Assembly (NCBI GenBank): GCA_001938485.1
Contig: MQRK01168300.1
Coordinates: forward strand, 2,433-66,432
Length of the DNA stretch: 64,000 bases
From: Girardia tigrina
Lineage: Eukaryota
Direction: 5' to 3'
Shown piece by piece: positions 36,767-49,178 of the stretch. The position numbers and the translations under genes are program-made. The notes beneath the pieces were generated by a model that did no database searches, was not told where the DNA came from, and saw nothing but the letters and a program-made list of their open reading frames with translations. How positions within the stretch are numbered: position 1 is the stretch's first letter; every line of letters starts with the position of its first letter.

Positions 36767-37199
36767 TTTTTGGTCAATTATAAATTTTGAATTAAAGAAA
36801 AAAAAGAAATGAAAGAAAAAGATTAAATTAATATTAAACTGGGGAAAATTATTATTCTCGTAATATATTTCAGGAAAAATTATTTTCTTGAAAGAAAATT
36901 TTGCGATCTTTATTGTGATTGGAGGGAGAAGAAAAACGGGAAATGGGAATGAGAAAACATCGACCCAATGGAATTTAAGGAAGGATTCCTTCATACAAAC
37001 TTTTCCCCCGAAACACACAATTTTGATTTGAGGTTCTCCATTTTCCGTTGCCAGTTTTATCTTTTGAATGTCTGAACTTGCCTGGATTTGAATTGCCAAA
37101 TCGATACTCTCCATCCACCATCGATGATTCGCTTCTCTTCCTCCTTTCCTTTTTTTCCTTATAAAACAAACAAAAAAATAGAAAAAAAATTAGAATTTT

Positions 37200-38600
37200 T
37201 TTCCCATTTTTTTCGAATTTAATCAAGTGTGAATAATTGTTGAAAATTTTTCCTAATTATTATAATTTTTAATATTATTGTTATTATTATTATTAAAAAT
37301 TCTANNNNNNNNNNNNNNNNNNNNNNNNNNNNNNNNNNNNNNNNNNNNNNNNNNNNNNNNNNNNNNNNNNNNNNNNNNNNNNNNNNNNNNNNNNNNNNNN
37401 NNNNNNNNNNNNNNNNNNNNNNNNNNNNNNNNNNNNNNNNNNNNNNTTTCATAAAATCATATATTATATATTATTAATTAATTTATATATATGGTTTTTC
37501 GATCAAATTCGTAAATGTTGCAAGTAATTTCGTAATCGTTAACTATATATATATTCAAATAATTTTTTAAATTTATAAATTAAAATTTTTATAAAAAATC
37601 ATTTAATCCTATATTAAAAAGTAATCATCAAGAAAAACCAACAAGCCAAAACATAACGATATCAGACAACGATCAGAGTGAAAGAGCAGTAATCAGCTCG
37701 GGTGTTTAAATATCACTTTTCCAAGGGTCTCAAGAGGCAGCAACCAGTGACTTGCAGCAGGAACCACGGAATAATATGAATGTTTCGATGCATTTTACAG
37801 AAAAATGTTGGGATACATTACGAGATCATTGGACAGAGAAGAATTCTATGAATAAAAAATTTGAATAAATTTTGAGTAACAACATTCTAATTTTTTAGTT
37901 TATATAATTTTATTGCTATTTTTATATTTTTTTGTATAACACGATAATACTATGGTTAATTAACTGTTTCATAATTTAGCTGCAATTTAATTTAGGGTTT
38001 ATATAATGTTGCATAAAAACAATTTTAATGATTACGAAATAAATAAAGTAAATCTATTATTGTTATTTTTTGTAAAAAAATAAACAAAAAATGAAGATTT
38101 TTCCTGTTTTCGAATTTAATTAAGTGTCAATAATTGTTAAAATATTTTTCCGTATTATTAAAATTATTGATTTTTTTTAATATTATGTAATAATTTTTAC
38201 TGTTATTAATTTTTATTATTATTCTTCATATTTTTATTTTTCAGATATCATAAAATCATATATATTTTAGTTATAATTAAAGCCAATTTATTATTATTCT
38301 TTTCTGTTGTAAATATAAAATAAAAGAAATTCATTTACTTCCTGTTTTTGAATTTCATCAAGTGCGAATAATTGTTGAAATATTTTTCCTTATAATAATA
38401 ATTATTATTATTATTATTTATTATTCTTCTTTTTATTGGTATTTTTCAGATTAAATAAAATTTTATATTTTATAATATTTTAGTTATAATTAAAGCCAGT
38501 TTATTAATGTTTTTTGTAATAAATATAAAATAAAAGAAATTATTTTTTTTCATTTTTTTAGAAATTTAATCAACTGTGATAAATCATTTTTTTCTGTTTT
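37200..38600. repeat. Four degenerate copies of a ~230-bp unit upstream of ski
   Basis: GAATTT(A/C)AT(C/T)AAGTG..AATAATTGTT at ~37215, 38112 and 38350; weaker at 38562. Confidence 0.7.
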
Positions 38601-38821
38601 TTTTTCGTTTTATTATATTTTTTTTAATTTCTTAAAAACAGGTTATAAGAAAATTTCATTGTTTTTAACAATGATTATTTTATTTAATTGGAACAAAAAT
38701 ATAAAAATAAATGAATTTTATAATTTTATGTTTTTTTTTCTTTAAATAAATATACATAAACTAAAAGAAGCCTTTTTTAGTTTTCAAAAAGCCTTGACAT
38801 AGATCTTGATTTTTTTCGGAT

Positions 38822-39230
38822 TGTGGAGAATATTTGAAATGTTTGAATGTTTTGTGTTTATTTTCGATTGTGCCTCACCTAATCGGATGGATGATTAATA
38901 TTTATAATCTGAAACTAATTTATTTAAATTTAGATTTAATATTCAAAATTTTAATTTATTATTATTGTAAATTTTAAATGATTGTATTAATTTTATTTTT
39001 TAAATTGGTAAATTATTAAATCAAAATTAATATTTTTAAATGATTAATAGTAATTTTATTTAAACCAAAAATATTTGTAGTTAGTTCAGATTTTGGGATG
39101 AGAAGTATTAAACATTGATTTATGAATACGAGCGAAAGTACTACTACTGATCATCTTGAAGATGATCCGAATTGAGTTTCTAATAAATGCTGTAACAAAT
39201 CTGTGAGTTTCCTGAACACGGATGAATCTT
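38822..39230 (+). repeat. TGTGAGGAATATT family copy
   Basis: Colinear with the reverse complement of 5230-5690, including ATGAGAAGTATTAAACATTGA. Confidence 0.8.
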
Positions 39231-39923
39231 CTTTCTGTCGGATGAAGGATATTTTAGCTTTTTTTCAGATTATTGTTACTGTTAATCCGTTCCTAAAATG
39301 AAGAATAATGATTCATTTTTGGAAAAAAATATGGAGTAATAATGTTTATTTTAAATTGAACTCTTCATTTAACCTTTTGACCTTTATTTCGGCCTTCACT
39401 GTCCTACTTAGTTGAACTATGAGTTTAATACAACTTTCAACAACGTCTTCAGTCTCCAAATATTTTTAATAAATATTATAAATTATCTGGTCCCTGAATC
39501 ATAAACGAAATTTTCATTTTAAAATAAAAAAAATGATCTATGAAACTTGGAGCTTCTGCATTTTTTATGGAACCTTGATCTTTTATATATGACAATTTTA
39601 ATGGCAAACCGCTTTCCTGGACCAAAATAAACCATTTTGGTAGAAGATTCTTCCTTGCCTTCAGGAATATGCAATCCTTAAAAAAATTTACTTTATTGCA
39701 GCCTAATATAATATCATTAGGGACCTTCTAGTTCAGTATTTCAGAACCATTTTTTACGATTTATTTATTAATAAATATCTTTCCCCGTTAGAAAAAGAGA
39801 AGTCTTGGATTAGACAAGTTTTTTAGTTTATATAAGACTTATAATTGAAGGCAAAAAAGGTAATTGTGTGGCCATAAGTGAATTTTAAGATTATTAATTA
39901 AGGGATATTATTTATTTATATAA

Positions 39924-40321
39924 CACGTTGACTGCCATGTTACTTGTGTTCGGGTGACAGCAGGAGTTCTCATCGGTCGTTTCCCCTTTACTTTCGTGAC
40001 TCCTTCCAAAGTACTTCCGAACATATTTAGATAAATTTTCGAGAGATTATTGAATTATTACAAAAATCGTTTATTAACTAAATTATTTACAGTGTAAAAT
40101 ATTGAAGCATTCCCTGCAAAGTTGCGGTTGACCAGTGCAACTTGAATAAAAAGTAATAGGTTGAATCGTCTAATATTTACAGTTTTTGTGTCGACATTTC
40201 GTAAACGACCAAAGCGTTCACCATTGATGTCCCCAGCAGAAGTTCAACACCAAACTTTCTATCTTACAGTGGCAAAAGTGGTCTGACGGGGATTTTTTTA
40301 ACAGGCGTGGCAGTCAACGTG
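39924..40321 (-). mobile_element. Internally deleted piggyBac element
   Basis: TIRs CACGTTGACTGCCA with (A/T)TAA flanks. The minus strand retains a Cys-rich C-terminal remnant, CRHKNC...CTGQPQLCRECFNILH. Confidence 0.8.
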
Positions 40322-40399
40322 TTAAAAGGATATTCTACGTAAATTTCCAATATTGTTCATATAACTGTTTCTTTATTTTCAGGGGTTCCGAGGGAAGCG

Positions 40400-41410
40400 A
40401 TGGATTTCAGAAATCTCAATTTGTTCTTTGATTTGAGCTGTGGAAAAATAAAATTATTATCTCGAACGGGGTTATTCTAAACTGTTAGTAGATATGTAAG
40501 ATCATGCAGTGAAGTCTATGATCTTTGGCAGGTAACTTACCTACATGACTCCCCATCTCTGAAAAGTGTTAAATATTAGGTTGGAGAGTTTAAAAGCGAT
40601 CGCACCTCCGTTTTTAATCAAGAAAAATCCGTTAGACCACAAGAAATTTGTTACGCAGTTGATGAAAAATTGACAAAGATGATCCAAGAAGAGCGTCGAA
40701 TGGCCATGAAAATTCTGTCAAAGAAACTCAATATCAGTGTTCGTACAGCTCACTCCAAATTGAAAACTTTGCTTCAGATTTGTACCCCATTTCTCGAACG
40801 GAGAAATAATGAGAAACCGCTTAAAGTGCAGTTAGAAGAACTTGAATCTGTAGGACAAACAAGGTGAGACGTTCCTAGCAAATTTAATTACGGAAGATGA
40901 AACCCAACCAAGTATGAATATTCCGGAAACAAAGCGTCAGTCAGCAGACTGTAAACTGTCCGGAGAGAAGCCATCTTTGAAGATGTAAAGGGCGACAAGT
41001 CATGGACAAACGATGATGATTTGCTTTTTCTATGACCATAAGGGTTTTATTTTCATGGATGTCGAGGAGAAAGGCATCAGCATCACTGATTATTTGATGC
41101 ATCCTGGGGAAGGCTCTTTGAGGAAGATGCTCTGGCCAATATATCACAAAAAGCTGTAACTTTCTGCAATTTTTCTAAATCAATATGTATGATCATCGTC
41201 AAATTTGCTAAGATTTACGACCATGTACACATTCACTTTAGGAGGCTCTCAATGACCCGTAGTTTAGATTATCACCTCACTTTACACTCCCAACCTTACA
41301 GATCTGATTAGCACCAACCAATATTTATCTCTTTAACCATCTTAGACCAGTATTCAGACGTCTACATTTAGTTCCAAAAGAAGATTTGAAGGATATTGTT
41401 GAGAAAGTTG
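40400..41410 (+). mobile_element. Decayed mariner transposase
   Basis: Remnants of KMIQEERR, LITEDET and DLAPTNIYLFNHL. Confidence 0.7.
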
Positions 41411-42620
41411 TTGAGTTCATAAAATTTTTGAATTTACAATCTTATCAAATTAATAATTAAATAATTAAATTCCGTAAAATATTGTTATAGATATGTTAAA
41501 ATAAGAGTTTCAGAAATTTAATATAAAAAATAATTTATATAAGAAATAAAATAAATTTTACGGTAGGTTTATTAAAAGATTTATGCAAAGATTTATTATA
41601 AAGTAAAAAAAGTTAATTTCAAATTTGATGAAAATATTTAATATAAAAAAAATCAAAAGTAATATAAAGTTTAATATTTTATTTGCGAAATGAAAATAAA
41701 CTAAACTATTTTTTGTAAATTTATTTTACACGATTAAATCAATGTAAATTAAACTTGTAATTATAATTTTAATTTGGAAATTGTAATTGGAATCAAAATA
41801 TAATTGTAAAACAATTAAATCGACTTAAATGAAAATGCGATTTTAATTTTATTTTGGAAAACGTAATTATTGATGGAAATATAATTTTATTTTTTATGTA
41901 CAAAAGGGGTAATTAAAAAGTTGTTAAATTAAACAAAATTGTGATTTTAAATTCTATTTTCAAAATATTATTTTATTAAATCCAAAGAAATTTTTAAAAC
42001 TATTATGAAAACGAAATGAAAAATGTTATTGTATAGAATTGGGAAATTTAATTGAGAAACAGGTAAATTTAAATATACAATAAAATTGAAATTTAATAAA
42101 AGACGCAACAAAATCTTTGTGACAAAATTTTAAACTAAACTAAACTAGATCAGTTTAGAAAACATTTAAATAAATCATTGAATCATTTAATAACACAAAT
42201 AAATTGTTAAATGCAGGAAAGTGAACGACTTTGAGACTAATATTTCAGAGCCTTTTGCATCTAACTGTACAAGATATCTTGAAACAAAAGATATCTTGGA
42301 CCCCTTTCATCATGGAAAAACATAGTAAAATTCGTAGACAACGTACACTATACTTAATTTTCTTCTTAAAAACTTAAAAGTTCATAAACATTTTTTAATC
42401 AGTATTCATCAAGTATAATTTAATCCCAATTTTTTAAAATGATATAAAATTTTAAGATGAATATTTGTGTGAATACGAAATGTGAATTTGACTTCCTCAA
42501 CCAAATGAAGCTCGTTTGTAAAATCTCCGAATTCAGAAAAGTCGGCTTACTATTTTCCATTCAACAATTGATGGGAATTACCACTTTCATCAACTACTAC
42601 GATCTAATTATCAAAGAATA

Positions 42621-43490
42621 TTGGGTTGACCAAAAGTCATTGTGTTTTTGAGTACGTCCTAATAAAAAGCTTGAAAATATAAAACAATGTGATAAAATTT
42701 AAATTCGATTATATATTCTGAAACCTTAATTTTTAGACTATGTTTATACAAAATATTAATTGATTTTGTTTTAATTTATTACTTTACCGTCAAATTAAAA
42801 TGGAAAATCAAAATGAGCATTTTCATCATGTTTTGTTGCATTATTTTCGCAAAGGGAAAACCGCTGTGCAAGCTCATAAGAAGATATGTTTTGTATATGG
42901 TAGTGACTCCTTAAAACTTCGACAGTGTCAATACTGGTTTTCTAAATTTCGTTCTGAAAAATTTCATCTGAAAGATGCACCACGCTCCGGTCGACCAGTT
43001 GAAGTTGATGAATTGTAAATGTTGTAAAATAGTTGTAAAAAATTGTAAAATAGTTGTTGAAGAATTGCAAAAACAACTAAGAAATTAAAAATACAAAATA
43101 TTTAGGAATATTTTATTTTATTATTATTTAATAGAGATTCATTAATTATAAAATTTATTTGTTTTTAATAAAACTTTCTGTGTACAATACATTCTAATTT
43201 TTACAAAATTTATTTCAATTTAATTAATTATTTCAATTTTACCTATAAAATATATTTTATAAAATCTTATTTATTTTAATTAGTTAAAAATATTATCTAT
43301 AAACTTAAATTTTTTATTTAAAGATTATTTCATTTTAATTAGTCGAACATTATTCTTAATTTATCTAAAATATAAATATGATTTTTTAAAAATATCAAAA
43401 ATTAAAGTTCACTAAAAGTAACCCCAACAATTTTCATTTTTTGATAATAAATACATTATTAAAAAACGCAATTACTTTTGGCCAACCCAA
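42621..43490 (+). mobile_element. Mariner remnants: 5' TIR, HTH N-terminus (42800..43018) and a 3' TIR
   Basis: TTGGGTTGACCAAAAGTCATTG; MENQNEHFHHVLL...LKDAPRSGRP; GCAATTACTTTTGGCCAACCCAA. Confidence 0.8.
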
Positions 43491-43559
43491 TATATATATA
43501 TATATATATNNNNNNNNNNNNNNNNNNNNNNNNNNNNNNNNNNNNNNNNNNNNNNNNNN

Positions 43560-43605
<46 letters not shown>

Positions 43606-43606
<1 letters not shown>

Positions 43607-43642
43607 CAATATATTTCGGTGGATTTTCCACCATCTTCAGGC
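43606..43642 (-). ncRNA. Minimal hammerhead ribozyme motif (PLE pLTR)
   Basis: GC-CUGAAGA-U-GGUGG/AAAAU/CCACC-GAA-AUAUAU-U-GC, with perfect stem II and palindromic stem III. Confidence 0.8.
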
Positions 43643-44305
43643 TGAATTAACAACAATTTCGCTGTCTTATATATAGCAAATTGATGATTATGCAAACATC
43701 TTGCGTGATAACTAATTAAATATTTTCAACAAATTGGAAGAGAGACTTGTTTGTACATTAATGGACGGATTAAGTGATTTAATCAATAATGCTTCACAAG
43801 TAACTCTTTCCCAATAATTTTTAAAATTACTGCACAACATTTTAAAATTAGTTGTTTTCACATCCAATTTACAACCCTTCATGTGTCCAGCAATATTACT
43901 CCCACTACCCAATCGTCCATGCTCCTGAATCCGTTTACAGAGATGACGAGACGTCTCGTCAATGTATGTAGCGTTGTACCCATTAGATGAAAATTGATAA
44001 ACCAGATCTGAACATAAACTCACAGGAGTGCGAGATTTATTGCTGAATATACTTTGAATTTTGTAAGATTTAGAAAAGATTTTTAAATTCAAATTTTTAC
44101 TATCGATTAATTTTAAAATAGTCGATTTAAATTCTTTGTAACCTTCTGAATAAGGAACGATTAGCGTATATCCAATATTAAAATTTTCATTAGATAATTT
44201 ATCGGGTTTTAATTCGTCTTTAACCTCATGTTCTTTATTCATTAATTTATCTATCGTCTCATTAGTTAATTCCTCTAAAAATGATTTCGAATAGCCATTT
44301 TTTTC
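43606..44305 (-). mobile_element. 5'-truncated Penelope-like element (GIY-YIG) between (TA)n tracts
   Basis: LVYQFSSNGYNATYIDETSRHLCKRIQEH...EALLIKSLNPSIN. Confidence 0.88.
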
Positions 44306-45672
44306 TATATATATATATATATAATTTTGGGTTTGTTGTCTAAGTGAATTGTAGTTTGGGGGGTTTTTTGAAGATTTATAAAGAATAAAGTATTGAGATG
44401 ATTTTCGTTTTTCGTTCTCTGAATCCACTGCAACAAAAATGAGCGGACAAGAAAAATGTGAAGATAAAAGCCAAACAAAGACAAAGACGAAGGTCGTATC
44501 CCTCGGAAATTGTAAAAGGGAAACTACGCCGAAAAAAATGGCTCTGGGACGCCACTTTATCTGGCTCCAGTGTTAAAGTATTTATCGACCAAGGTTTTGG
44601 AGTTTTCTAGCAATGCCACCAGAGACAATAAAAGACGAGAATGTAAAACGGTCCTCATTAGGGCCAAAAATTGTGATTGGTTTCATTTTAAATAGAACGT
44701 CTTAAAGTGTTTGGTCCTTTGAAAAAATGTAAAAGTTACATTTTTCTAGTAAAATTAAAATTTGAATTTTCTTGTTGAGTTTCTTTATTGTGTTTAAATT
44801 TTAAAATGTTATTTTTGGTCATACAAATAATTAAATAATTTATTATTTTTAATTTTTATTAAATAAATAAAGTATAAATTGTAAAAATTATGATTAAAAA
44901 AAATTAGATAACCCCACCGGATCGGTCCCAAGTCAAAAGAGACCGTTATTCCTAATTCTACCCAACCTTCTCGATTCATTTACAAAGAAAGATAACTTTA
45001 AAACTGTATTCAAAATTCTTCACGAGACAGTAAAGAATCAATGCCCCAAGATCGCTTCAATTATCCAAGTGGATAAAATAAACCTGGTGCAATTTCTAAG
45101 TAGTCCAGAAAGTAACCCTACCAAACGTCGCTTCAGAATCACTAGAAGCTTATCAACAACCTCTACTACTTTACTGAAGATATCAAAACATTGAAAACGT
45201 GGAACTAAGCTGGCTGAATAGAATGATTAGAACATAGTCAAAACGAAATACTTAGTGATGTTGAAGATGCTGATGATTCACATGTAGACGACAACAGCTC
45301 AATCTGCTCACACCACTCTCAAATCTCATTAACCAGAACTCATCGAGGCAAAAGACTAAGAGGTCCAAAATGCGCACAATGATGGGTTGGCACTGTTGGG
45401 TTCTTGATCAAAATTATAATTCATTAACACCAAAACTTTATTACATCTCTGAAAACAAAAATTTCATAAAGTTATTCTTCCAAATAACTTTTAAAATAAT
45501 TGCAAAACAATTAAAACAATACAATTAAAATTCAATTATTTATGAAAATAACTTTTTTAAAATTAATTAAGATATTTTTTTAGTTATAACTGTTTTAGAA
45601 AACTTTTGATTTTAAATATTTCCTTATTTTAGATATTATTTTTAAAAATTAATAATTTCAAAAATTTAAAGA

Positions 45673-46375
45673 ATGGACCTGTCCTTCACAGGCACCATAA
45701 TCTCAATTACCACGGAGATTATGGAAAAGCCACCAGAACCTGACCCAAGATACTGGTTCGATGATCTAGATATCTCAACTTACCTAGACACATTCGGAAA
45801 GTCAGACAATATTTTGCTGGCACCCAGCTGGGTAATTACCAGTGTCTTTGAGGGGAAAAAGGCTTGTCACATGTGCTACGCGGGTTCAACCTATTAAAAT
45901 ACAGTACTGCATTGCACCCGTCAACTATAACACGCATTGGTTTACTATGGAGCTACGTGTTCATCTTCAACTCACTAGTTGACTACCCCAGTGAGAAACA
46001 AGTGACAACACTAATTGCCCCATTTATCAATGCTATCAACAAAACAGCCACGGACAAGAACAATACCCTTTTTAATATAAAACTCCCAATAAAATACAGT
46101 ACATGTGAACATAAGACCAACAACTATGACTGCGGACCATTCACATGTGTTGAAACGAAAAACAAGGCATTTGCCGACGGTCTAGACAGGGAGATCTGAA
46201 AAATAATAAAACCTGTATGCGGACTCCAGTTAACAGCATCTAACGACTACTTATATACTGGAAAAGAATATGGCGGACTTTGACTGATTGAAACTCGTGA
46301 CGAATACGCCATGCAATCCACAATACAGGCCTTCATGAACCTGACTTGCGAAGATATGGGTGTTGCTGATCAATC
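45673..46375 (+). mobile_element. NeSL-like non-LTR retrotransposon remnant (Ulp1-like protease joined to post-RT region)
   Basis: WFDDLDISTYL and TNNYDCGPFTC (C48 peptidase-like), then YLYTGKEYGGL..RDEYAMQS, which is homologous to 52049-52378. Confidence 0.65.
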
Positions 46376-46439
46376 TAAACAGCACTCTAAAGAAACATAA
46401 AAAGAACATAAAAAAACGTTTTGAAAAAATTATCATTTG

Positions 46440-46705
46440 AAAAACGATATGGGCTGACATTAATGCAAACCGCATTATTGAACCTTTCTTTTTCGACAAT
46501 GACAAAGTGAATACTAATAATTGCTTGGCACTTTTCACTAATCACTTTTATCCTGCTCTTCAACAATTGAGAAATTGTGATAATATGCTATTCCAACAAG
46601 ATAAGGTACCACCTCATTTTGCCTTAGCAGTGCGTACTTGGCTAGATAATCATCTTCAAGACAGATGGATTGGACGAAGAGAAAGTTATTGAGATTGGCC
46701 ACCGA
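46440..46705 (+). mobile_element. Tc1/mariner (DD41D-like) transposase fragment
   Basis: FQQDKVPPHFALAVRTWLDNHLQDRWIGRR..WPP. Confidence 0.75.
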
Positions 46706-49178
46706 ATTACTTTTTTAAATTAATAATTTTTTAAAATAAGATTTTTCAATTACTGTTATTTTAGTCATGTAATAATTTTTGTTTAAATTTAATTTAATAA
46801 ATTTCAGATTAATAAATTTCATTCATATAAAAGAAAATTATAAATGTAATTTGAAATAAATTTTGAATTATTTCAAAAATATTTTTATTTTAAAGACATT
46901 TAAAGGATTTTCCTATAATAAGTTAATATTTAGAAAATATTTCTGTACAGTTGTTAATTTTTACTACTTCCATCGTCTTGTAATTTTTATATATATATAT
47001 ATATATATACATAAAAGCATCATAAAAATATTTGTTATTCAAACCGAGTTTTCCATTACATTTCGTCACTTTTTATGTAAAATAACTGTAAAATTAAACT
47101 TCCAAGAAAATGTTTATATAAAAGATTTCATAGATAAAAGCCTTTTACAAAAAATATTTATAAACGAAAATTTATTAATATTAATTATTTAAATGAATAT
47201 AATTTAGCCATATATAATATATATTGATGAATATATTACATTAAATATCAAATAAACTGATTGTGAGAAGTGTTTGTAACATCATTTCATAAATCATTTT
47301 TTCTTTACTCAATTTACATATTTATTATAAACAATTTTCAAACAAATTTTTAAACTATTTTCTTAATTAATAATTCATCCGCCATCTCTGTCTCAAATAA
47401 TTTTTCATTTATTTAAAATTTCAATCAAATTAAAATAATATTTCATTTTTAAACTTTAAAATTTTAAAATAAAAAACAAGCCTTTTATAATAGTTTTTTT
47501 ATAATTTTGTTTTTTAAGTAAAATATTATATGCTGTTTTTCATTTTGCGTTTTTTAAAAACATTTTTTTAATATTTTTACTATTTTTAAAATTTTTGAAA
47601 ATACGTTATATTTAATATTTTAAATATTTAATTTAATTTTTTTAATATTTTAAATATTTAATGTTTTAATCGTATCCCTAAATTAATTCAAAATTTGAAA
47701 AATAAATTTTTAGAAATATTTAAAAAATGTTTTAATAGAATTCAAATTATTTTAAAAATACTTTTTCTGTTATCTATGTTGATCCACTCCTTTTTCTACT
47801 AATATAATATTTTAATTAAAATAAATTTATAAAGAATAAGTTTAAATTTAAAATCTTTATGTATTATTCTAATTACTAAACTTTGTAATTTGATTTTCAT
47901 TCAAAATAATTTTTATTTTAAAACTAAAATTAACTACCGACTCATTCAGATAAAAGAGAGTAATTATTTTAACTGTTCAAAATTATCATAAAAACCAATA
48001 AAATGTACTTATTTTTATGATTAGTTAAGAAAATTGAATAAATATCCCATTTGAACAAATATTTAGCTATTTTTCCTGTTTTAATAATCATTTCACGGAT
48101 CTGAAATATTCAATTAGTTTGTTGTATATTTCTTTATAACATAAAGAAAGACTTTATTAAAAAAATCTTTTTTAACTTAATCTTATTAATAATAACATAT
48201 ATTTAAATTAATTATCATTATTTTAAGCAAGCTTTACAATATTTCAAAATATGAAATATTAAAATACATTTAATTGTACTTAATCAAATTGAAATTTTAT
48301 TTATTTTTTTTAAAACCTTTTAAAAATTTTTAATTTTAAAGTTTTTTCCTGTTATTGTAATAGGAAAATTTATTTCAATTACCAATTTTTGTTTAAATTA
48401 AAAAATTTGTTAAATTTAAAAATAATTTTTTATTTAAAACTAAATATCTTTTTTGTAAAAATTTCATACTCCGTATTTTGAATTTTAAATTGTATACATC
48501 TCAATTTGTCAGCAAAATTAAATTCACTTAACTTCACGTAATAATGAACTTTTTTTTTATTTTTGAAAATAAACAATTTTATTTGGACATTTTTCCTGGA
48601 AAATTTACTATTATTTTTTATTTTATTTTAAAACTGAATTTAATCTTATACAGACTCAAAAGAATACCCGTTAATCAACTCAGCTTCAGAGTAATTGGAA
48701 ATAGATATTAAGCTTAAATAAATAAAAATATTATTAAATTTGTTTTCCAAATATATAAAAAATGTTATAAAATATTATAAAATAATTATTATTCAACTAA
48801 ACTAAAAAATATTTCTTAATAATTTAAAATGTCTTTAAATTTTTAGTTATTTTAAATTGTCTTAATTTTGAAATTTTTCAAATAGAATATAAATTATGTC
48901 TTTCAACGATATATATTTTAATAATTTCATTTCGAATTTTTATTTGCAAATTTTATTTTAATTTTTATTTTAAAATTTATTTAAATAAATCAAAAAATTA
49001 TCAAAATTTGTTTAAATATTTGAATATTTTAATTATTTATATTTCTGTAATGAATATTATATCGAAATTTAAACTATTTTTACAAGAATTTTCTTTTTCT
49101 GCATATTTAAATATCGATAATTTTATAATCACAAAAGAAAACAGATTAATAAATTTTCAAAAAGTTATTAAAAAAGTA

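Noticed and set aside
36767-37114. 5' extension of the 263-aa ORF
   Set aside because: Low-complexity F/I-rich translation. Ski-like sequence begins after ATG 36766, so this is probably 5'UTR or intron.
49008-49178. TTG-started extension of the 886-aa ORF
   Set aside because: AT-rich and non-conserved. ATG 49179 was preferred, though upstream ATGs are not excluded.
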